Assembly (NCBI GenBank): GCA_044866005.1
Contig: JBIOTN010000186.1
Span: forward strand, 1-13,248
DNA: 13,248 bases
DNA from: Candidatus Rokuibacteriota bacterium
Lineage (GTDB): Bacteria; Methylomirabilota; Methylomirabilia; Rokubacteriales; DASRDR01
Direction: 5' to 3'
Shown one piece after another: positions 7,858 to 13,248 of this stretch (the stretch's first letter is position 1; each line of letters begins with the position of its first letter). The translations under genes and the position numbers were made by a program. The notes below the pieces were generated by a model. It did no database searches. It was not told the origin of the DNA and saw only the letters and a program-made list of their open reading frames with translations.

Positions 7858-8553
7858 GTGACCCGGGCGGCCCGTCTGGTCGGCCTCGGCGTCCTCGCGG
7901 CCGGCTGCGCCCTCGTCCCGCCCCCGCCCGACGACCCCCTGTCGGCGGACGAGCACAACGAGCTCGGGGTCGCCTACCACGCCCGCGGTGACGCCGGCCG
8001 GGCCGCCCGGGAATTCCGCCGGGCGCTCGCGCTTCGCCCCGCCTTCGTGCGGGCGCGGGTGAACCTCGGCGACGCGCTCCTGGCCCTCGGGGACGTCGAG
8101 GGCGCCATCCGGACGTACGAGGAGGCGCGCGCGGCGCAGCCGGACGATCCGGCCATCGCGAACAACCTCGCCTGGGCGCTCCTCCAGCATGCCCGGCGGT
8201 GGCCGGAGGCCGAAGGCCTGATCCGCGCCGCGCTGGCAGGCCGGCCGGAGCCGCGCGGCTACTACCTCGACACGCTGGGCGTGCTGCTCCTCCGGCAGGG
8301 GGAGCCGCGCGAGGCCCTCGCCGCCTTCCGGGCGGCGCTCGCGGACGTCGCCGTCTCGGATCATCGGATCCGGGCCGCCGTCCTCCGGCACGCCGGCCAG
8401 GCGCTCGCCCGGCTGGGCGACGCCGCCAGCGCGGCGGCGTGCGAGCGGGCCGCGGTCCGGCTGATCGGGGCGGTGCCCGGCGCGGCGCCTCTTCCGCTCG
8501 GCGGGGCGAGCGGCGAGCCGCCAGAAGTTGGCGCGGAGGACACGCTGTGCTAA
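7858..8553 (+). CDS. Tetratricopeptide-repeat lipoprotein
   Basis: Lipobox LAAG|C. TPR motifs HNELGVAY..RGD...A..EFRRALAL.P, ARVNLGDAL, ANNLAWAL and YLDTLGVLL.RQG. Confidence 0.8.
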   Translation: MTRAARLVGLGVLAAGCALVPPPPDDPLSADEHNELGVAYHARGDAGRAAREFRRALALRPAFVRARVNLGDALLALGDVEGAIRTYEEARAAQPDDPAIANNLAWALLQHARRWPEAEGLIRAALAGRPEPRGYYLDTLGVLLLRQGEPREALAAFRAALADVAVSDHRIRAAVLRHAGQALARLGDAASAAACERAAVRLIGAVPGAAPLPLGGASGEPPEVGAEDTLC

Positions 8554-8556
8554 CAT
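8528..8556 (+). promoter_or_regulatory. Putative sigma70-type promoter with extended -10 (TTGGCG-17 bp-TGcTAACAT)
   Basis: TTGGCG 8528-8533, 17-nt spacer, TG at 8548-8549, TAACAT 8551-8556. The TAA is the TPR gene stop. Confidence 0.65.
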
Positions 8557-8595
8557 TGCCGCGCTAAGATCAGGCGGGAATTGGGGATTTCTCAG

Positions 8596-9432
8596 ATGAG
8601 ACACTTGAAGACGGATGTCTCGCACCGGATGCGACGGCGCCCGAGCATCTTCAGTGCGCTCTGGTTCCGCGCGATCCTCGGCGTCGGGCTCGTGGTGATC
8701 GGCGGGCTCGCGCTCGGCCCCTCGCTGGCCGGTCTGGTGCGTGGGGACGCGAGAGGGAAGACCCTGCCGCGCGTGGCGACCCCGCAACCGCCGCCCGTCA
8801 CGGTGGCCCCGGCCGCGCCCGCCGAGCCGGCGTCGCCCGAGGCCCCGACCACGGTCGCCGCCGCCCCGTCCGAGTCGCCGGCCAGGAGCGCCGAGAACGG
8901 CGCGACGCCGCCGCGGGACGCGGAGCCGCCGCGGGTCGTCCCCACGTCGGAGCCGAGGCCGAAGGCGTCGGCGCCGCCCGCCGACGCGACCGGCGGGGTC
9001 TTCCGCGTCCAGGTCGGCGCTTTCCTCGACCACCGGAACGCCGACCGCCTGATCGCGCGCCTCCGGAGCGAGAGCTTCGAGGTCGCGGACACGGTCTCCG
9101 AGCAGAGCCGCGTCCTCTACCGCCTGGTGGCCTCGGGGGCCGAGGGCGCCGGCCGGGAGGGCCTCCTGGCCGACCTGCGGGCGCTCGGGTTCACCGCCGA
9201 GACGCGACACGACGGAACCGTCGTCACCGCGCCGGTGCCTCTCCGGGAGGCCGTCGAAGGGTCCCGCGCGCTGCGCGAGCGGGGGGGGCGCGTCCGGCTC
9301 GAGCGGCAGGCGAGCTCGGGCTCGTACCGCCTCGTGCGGGTCGGCGCCTACCGCACGGCAGAGGAGGCGGAGCGGGTCCGGACGGAGCTGGCTGGGAAGG
9401 GGTTCGAGGGGTTCGTGGTGCGGGAGCGGTGA
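8596..9432 (+). CDS. Membrane-anchored SPOR-domain protein (FtsN/DedD-like architecture)
   Basis: GGGGA 8 nt before ATG8596 (TTG8581 and ATG8629 are alternatives). Basic N-tail, one TM helix, Pro/Ala linker, SPOR motifs FRVQVGAF....NA and RVGAYRTAEEAE. Confidence 0.8.
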   Translation: MRHLKTDVSHRMRRRPSIFSALWFRAILGVGLVVIGGLALGPSLAGLVRGDARGKTLPRVATPQPPPVTVAPAAPAEPASPEAPTTVAAAPSESPARSAENGATPPRDAEPPRVVPTSEPRPKASAPPADATGGVFRVQVGAFLDHRNADRLIARLRSESFEVADTVSEQSRVLYRLVASGAEGAGREGLLADLRALGFTAETRHDGTVVTAPVPLREAVEGSRALRERGGRVRLERQASSGSYRLVRVGAYRTAEEAERVRTELAGKGFEGFVVRER

Positions 9433-9797
9433 GGGCGCGCCGCGATGACCGTCCCGCGGTCGTCGTCGTGCTCGTCACCGTGCCCTCCATCGAGGTGGCG
9501 GAGCGGATCGCCGCGGCCGTGGTGCCCGAGCGCCTGGCCGCGTGCGTGAACATCGTCCCGGGCTTACGCTCGACGTTCTGGTGGGAGGGACGCGCCCAGA
9601 CGGAGGAGGAGGTCCTGCTCCTCGTCAAATCGACGGCCGATCGCCTCGCGGCGCTCGAGGACCGGGTCCGGACGCTCCATCCCTATTCGATCCCGGAGTT
9701 CATCGCGCTGCCGGTGGTCGCGGGCCACGAACCCTACCTGGCCTGGGTCCGCGACGCCGTGGGGGCGGAGGGGGGTGGCAAGTCTGACCAAGAATGA
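9429..9797 (+). CDS. cutA: Divalent-cation tolerance protein CutA
   Basis: VLVTVPS.E.AERIA, ERLAACVNIVPG.RS.FWWEG, E.LLLVKST, HPYSIPEFIALPV..G...YLAWV. GTGA overlap with the SPOR gene. Confidence 0.95.
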   Translation: MRARRDDRPAVVVVLVTVPSIEVAERIAAAVVPERLAACVNIVPGLRSTFWWEGRAQTEEEVLLLVKSTADRLAALEDRVRTLHPYSIPEFIALPVVAGHEPYLAWVRDAVGAEGGGKSDQE

Positions 9798-10059
9798 CCT
9801 GATCAACGCGGTGGCGGGGCACGGGCTGTCGAAGCGCCAGTCGGCGGCCGTGGTCGAGGCGGTGTTCGAGCAGATGCTCAAGGCCTTCGAGCAGGGCAGC
9901 GACGTCAAGATCGTGGGATTCGGGCACTTCCGGGTCCGCAAGAAGTCGTCCCGCAAGGGACGCAACCCGCAGACCGGCGACGAGATCGAGATCACCGCGC
10001 GACGCGTCCTGACCTTCAAGCCGTCGAAGGGGTTGAAGGCGCACGTGAACCAGCACTAG
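9775..10059 (+). CDS. ihfA: Integration host factor alpha subunit (HU/IHF family)
   Basis: [45 protein letters not shown] is IHF-alpha-like, and the gene is followed by merR-tRNA-Pro as at typical ihfA loci. Confidence 0.85.
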   Translation: MASLTKNDLINAVAGHGLSKRQSAAVVEAVFEQMLKAFEQGSDVKIVGFGHFRVRKKSSRKGRNPQTGDEIEITARRVLTFKPSKGLKAHVNQH

Positions 10060-10069
10060 CGCGCGCGAC

Positions 10070-10462
10070 GTGCGGCCCATTCCCGACAAGCTCTTCTTCC
10101 GCATCGGGGAGGTCGCCGACCTCACGGGCGTCCCGCCTTACGTCCTGCGCTACTGGGAGTCGGAGTTCAAGCTCCTCCGCCCGCGCAAGAACCACGCCGG
10201 CCAGCGGGTCTATCGCAAGCCGGACATCGAGCTCGTCCTCCGGATCAAGCGGCTGCTCTACGAGGACCGGCTGACGCTGGAGGGAGCGAAGAAGCGACTC
10301 CAGCAGGAGGCCAGGATCCGCACCCAGCAGCTCGAGCTTCCCGTTCCCGACCAGCAGACCCTGGAGGTCCTGCGCGGCCTCCGGACGCGGCTGGAGGGAA
10401 TGCGGCGGCTCCTGCGCGGCCCCGCCGAAGTTCCGCTTGAACGGCGGCGCGGCGCCACGTAA
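10070..10462 (+). CDS. MerR-family HTH transcriptional regulator (ihfA-associated type)
   Basis: [33 protein letters not shown]...[20 protein letters not shown]...TLEGAKK. Confidence 0.92.
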   Translation: MRPIPDKLFFRIGEVADLTGVPPYVLRYWESEFKLLRPRKNHAGQRVYRKPDIELVLRIKRLLYEDRLTLEGAKKRLQQEARIRTQQLELPVPDQQTLEVLRGLRTRLEGMRRLLRGPAEVPLERRRGAT

Positions 10463-10465
10463 AAT
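10437..10465 (+). promoter_or_regulatory. Putative sigma70 promoter for tRNA-Pro(GGG) (TTGAAC-17 bp-TAAAAT)
   Basis: TTGAAC 10437-10442, 17-nt spacer, TAAAAT 10460-10465, ending 12 nt before the tRNA. The TAA is the merR stop. Confidence 0.75.
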
Positions 10466-10477
10466 CGTCAGTTGGTT

Positions 10478-10554
<77 letters not shown>

Positions 10555-10651
10555 CTTCTCTCCGAGCGCGCGCGGCGGGCCGTCGGTCGGCCGCTCCCGG
10601 TAGGCGAAGGCCGCGGGGCGTCCGCGTCGGGACCCCCACTGAGGACGGCAC

Positions 10652-11461
10652 GTGAGGACCGAGGGGCGCCCGAACATCCTGGTCTCGAACGACGACGGGA
10701 TCCACGCGCCCGGCCTGGCCGCGCTCGCCGCGGTCCTGGACCGGGTCGGGACCGTGTACGTCGTGGCGCCGGACCGGGAGCGCAGCGCGGTCGGGCACGC
10801 GCTGACGCTCCACCGGCCGTTGCGGGTCGATGCCGTCGGGCCCCGGCGCTTCGCGGTGAACGGGACGCCCACCGACTGCGTGAACCTGGCGATCCTCGGG
10901 ATCTTGCCGGTCCGGCCGGACGTCGTGGTGGCGGGGATCAACGACGGCTCGAACCTGGGCGACGACGTGACGTACTCGGGGACCGTCTCGGCGGCGATGG
11001 AGGGCAGCCTCCTGGGCGTCCCGGCCCTGGCGGTCTCGCTGATCGACCCGGGCGAGGGGGCCGACTACGAGCCCGCCGCGCGGGCCGCGGCGGAGCTGAC
11101 CCGCCTCCTCTTGCGAGACCGCGAGCGGGTGACGACGCTGCTCAACGTGAACGTCCCGCACGGGCGGCCACGAGGGCTCAGGATGACGCGCCTGGGGCGC
11201 CGGATGTACAGCGAGAAGGTGGTCGAGCAGCGGGACCCGCGGGGGAAGCTCTACTACTGGATCGGCGCGGGACCCCCGGCGTGGGACGCGGGCGAGGACA
11301 CGGATTTCGCGGCGGTGCACGCGGGGTACATCTCCGTCACCCCGCTCCACCTCGACCTGACGAGCTACGACGGGCTTCGGGCGCTCAAGAGCTGGGAGAC
11401 GGACTTCGGCGCCGACGGGGCGGGCGCTCGCCGGCGGCCGCGCCGGCCCCGGTCGCGGTGA
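10652..11461 (+). CDS. surE: 5'/3'-nucleotidase SurE
   Basis: [79 protein letters not shown]. Confidence 0.97.
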   Translation: MRTEGRPNILVSNDDGIHAPGLAALAAVLDRVGTVYVVAPDRERSAVGHALTLHRPLRVDAVGPRRFAVNGTPTDCVNLAILGILPVRPDVVVAGINDGSNLGDDVTYSGTVSAAMEGSLLGVPALAVSLIDPGEGADYEPAARAAAELTRLLLRDRERVTTLLNVNVPHGRPRGLRMTRLGRRMYSEKVVEQRDPRGKLYYWIGAGPPAWDAGEDTDFAAVHAGYISVTPLHLDLTSYDGLRALKSWETDFGADGAGARRRPRRPRSR

Positions 11462-12144
11462 TGCTCGGCCGGGTGCTGGGGAGCGGAAACGGCTGGCAGG
11501 AGACCCGCGCGGCGCGGGAGCGCGAGCGCATGGTCGACGAGCAGCTCGTCCGCCGCGGCATCGCCGACGGCCGGGTGCTCGACGCCATGCGGAAGGTGCC
11601 GCGCCACCGGTTCGTGGAGGAGGCGCTCCAGGAGCGGGCGTACGGGGACCACCCGTTGCCGATCGGGGAAGGCCAGACGATCTCGCAGCCGTACATGGTC
11701 GCGGCGATGACGCAGCTGTTGCGGCTGACGGGGCCGGAGAAGGTGCTCGAGATCGGGACGGGCTCCGGCTACCAGACGGCGGTGCTGGCGGAGCTGGCGC
11801 GGCGCGTCTGCTCGATCGAACGCCTGCCGGCGCTCGCCACGCGGGCGCGTCAGGTGCTGGAGGAGCTGGGCTACACCAACGCCGTGATCCGGATCGGCGA
11901 CGGGACCTACGGCTGGCCCGACGAGGCGCCGTTCGACCGGATCCTGATCGCGGCCGGCGCGCCGGCCGTGCCGGCCCCGCTGTTCCAGCAGCTGGCCGAG
12001 GGCGGGCGGCTGGTGGCGCCGATCGGCGAGGCGCAGTCGCAGACGCTTCACGTGGTCGAGAAGGTGGACGGCGAGATGCGCACCTCGACCGACTGTGGCT
12101 GCGTGTTCGTGAAGCTCGTCGGCAAGTACGGATGGGAAGGGTGA
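11461..12144 (+). CDS. pcm: Protein-L-isoaspartate(D-aspartate) O-methyltransferase
   Basis: VPRHRFV, AYGDHPLPIGEGQTISQPYMVA, VLEIGTGSGYQTAVLA, GDG..GWP..APFDRI, FVKLVG. ATG11461 overlaps the surE stop (TGATG); ATG11530 is an alternative. Confidence 0.97.
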   Translation: MLGRVLGSGNGWQETRAARERERMVDEQLVRRGIADGRVLDAMRKVPRHRFVEEALQERAYGDHPLPIGEGQTISQPYMVAAMTQLLRLTGPEKVLEIGTGSGYQTAVLAELARRVCSIERLPALATRARQVLEELGYTNAVIRIGDGTYGWPDEAPFDRILIAAGAPAVPAPLFQQLAEGGRLVAPIGEAQSQTLHVVEKVDGEMRTSTDCGCVFVKLVGKYGWEG

Positions 12145-12192
12145 GAGAGGAGCCGGCCCGGCGCGGTCACCGGGGTCGGCCAGGGCAGGGAA

Positions 12193-12269
12193 CGGGGCGT
12201 AGCGCAGCTTGGTAGCGCGCCTGCTTCGGGAGCAGGAGGTCGCTGGTTCAAATCCAGTCGCCCCGACCA
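12193..12269 (+). tRNA. tRNA-Pro(CGG)
   Basis: Acceptor stem CGGGGCG/CGCCCCG, anticodon stem CCTGC/GCAGG with loop TTCGGGA (anticodon CGG 12227-12229), T-loop TTCAAAT, encoded CCA. 77 nt. Confidence 0.97.
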
Positions 12270-12448
12270 CTTCCCTCTCGTGCGGCCGCCCGCCCGACAG
12301 CGGCCGCGTGACGCGCGGCGCAGGATGCCGCGGCGCCGCGAGACGCTCCAGGGCCCGCCCGCGTCGTCATGGCGCACGCAATCGCGCACGCACACCGACC
12401 GCCCGCGCCGGCGCCCCGCCCCGCTGGTCGGGGCGCGAGCGGCGTCCC

Positions 12449-12739
12449 GTGAGCCCGCGCGCCGTCGAGATCGTGGTCGAGGGGCACGTCCAGGGCGTGG
12501 GCTACCGCGCCTTCGCCCAGCGGCGGGCCCGGGACCGCGGGCTCACCGGCTACGCGGTGAACCTCCACGACGGCCGCGTGCGGATCCGCGTGGAAGGGGA
12601 CCGCGAGACGATCGAGGGGTACGTCCGCGACCTCCACGGCGGGCCGCCGCTGGCCCGGGTGGAGCGGGTCTCGGTGACCGAGCTGCCCTACACGGGCCAG
12701 TACCAGGACTTCCGCGTCCGGTTCGGGGAGCCGCGGTGA
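12449..12739 (+). CDS. acyP: Acylphosphatase
   Basis: [10 protein letters not shown] (phosphate-binding loop with Arg), [14 protein letters not shown] (catalytic Asn), [10 protein letters not shown]. 96 aa from GTG12449; the ORF-track start at 12209 lies inside the tRNA. Confidence 0.93.
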   Translation: MSPRAVEIVVEGHVQGVGYRAFAQRRARDRGLTGYAVNLHDGRVRIRVEGDRETIEGYVRDLHGGPPLARVERVSVTELPYTGQYQDFRVRFGEPR

Positions 12740-13248
12740 GCCGGCCCGACGGGGACCCCGGCGCCCGCGACGAGCCCGAGCCGCCCGCGGGCCAGGCGCC
12801 CGAGCCCGACCCCCTCCTCGATCCGGCCGACGCGCTCGACGATGCGGCCGCCCTCGACGAGGCGGGCGTGGAGGACGACGAGGCCGCCGAGGACGGCGCC
12901 GCCGCCGGGGCAGGGGAGGCGGCCGGCGACGAGCGGCCGTCGGGCGTGGCGCCGCTCGCGGTCTACCTGAAGGAGATCGCGCGCATCCCCCTCCTCACGC
13001 GGGAGGAGGAGGTCGAGTTCGCCAGGCGCGCGGCCGCAGGCGACCGTGAGGCGGAGCGCCGGCTGATCGAGGCGAACCTCCGCCTCGTCGTGAACATCGC
13101 GCGGCGGTACAAGAACGCCCGCCTCGCGCTGGCCGACCTCATCGAGGAAGGCAACCTCGGCCTGATCCGCGCCGTCCAGAAGTTCCGGTGGGACCGGGGG
13201 ACGCGCTTCTCCACGTATGCCACCTGGTGGATCCGCCAGGCGATCACG
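12736..13248 (+). CDS. rpoS: Sigma-70 family factor, RpoS-like (5' part; runs off the window)
   Basis: Own translation from GTG12736 (overlaps acyP TGA): acidic N-terminus, region 1.2 [23 protein letters not shown], region 2 [16 protein letters not shown]...[21 protein letters not shown]...[28 protein letters not shown] is RpoS-like rather than RpoD-like (DLIQEGNIGLMKAV), and the gene is syntenic with surE-pcm. Confidence 0.8.
   Translation, partial: MSRPDGDPGARDEPEPPAGQAPEPDPLLDPADALDDAAALDEAGVEDDEAAEDGAAAGAGEAAGDERPSGVAPLAVYLKEIARIPLLTREEEVEFARRAAAGDREAERRLIEANLRLVVNIARRYKNARLALADLIEEGNLGLIRAVQKFRWDRGTRFSTYATWWIRQAIT

Noticed and set aside
12152..12180. GC hairpin between pcm and tRNA-Pro(CGG) as an intrinsic terminator
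   Set aside because: The stem is imperfect, has no U-tract, and is unremarkable at this GC content.
12370..12385. TGGCGC...ATCGC as a sigma54 -24/-12 promoter
   Set aside because: The GG-to-GC spacing is 11 nt rather than the required 10, and TTGC is absent.
12209..12448. N-terminal extension of acylphosphatase in the ORF track
   Set aside because: It starts inside tRNA-Pro(CGG); acylphosphatases are about 90-100 aa, matching GTG12449.

Overview
Very GC-rich bacterial chromosomal window, roughly three quarters G+C by eye. Gene order and composition suggest a non-proteobacterial diderm such as Rokubacteria/Methylomirabilota; this is inference only. All genuine genes are on the + strand and densely packed: miaA, hflX, a CsgG/HfaB-family secreted protein with an extra C-terminal domain, a 37-bp palindrome, a pgsA-like CDP-alcohol phosphatidyltransferase, a PDZ/DUF512 radical-SAM-like protein, der, a DUF3047 protein, a TPR lipoprotein, a SPOR protein, cutA, ihfA, a MerR-family regulator, tRNA-Pro(GGG), surE, pcm, tRNA-Pro(CGG), acylphosphatase and an RpoS-like sigma factor (truncated at the window end and absent from the ORF track). 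I see no mobile element, CRISPR array or defence system; this is mostly core genome, and I cannot claim a clearly new system. The most notable observations are: (1) all three complete genes ending in TAA have that stop as the start of a sigma70-type -10 hexamer with a TTG -35 exactly 17 bp upstream; (2) surE-pcm is bracketed by two tRNA-Pro isoacceptor genes sharing a 36-bp identical 3' block; (3) tRNA-Pro plus acylphosphatase occupies the usual nlpD slot, and acyP overlaps the rpoS-like start; (4) tRNA-Pro(GGG) has an atypical A32/G38 anticodon loop; (5) the CsgG-like fusion protein is an orphan; (6) hfq is missing between miaA and hflX.
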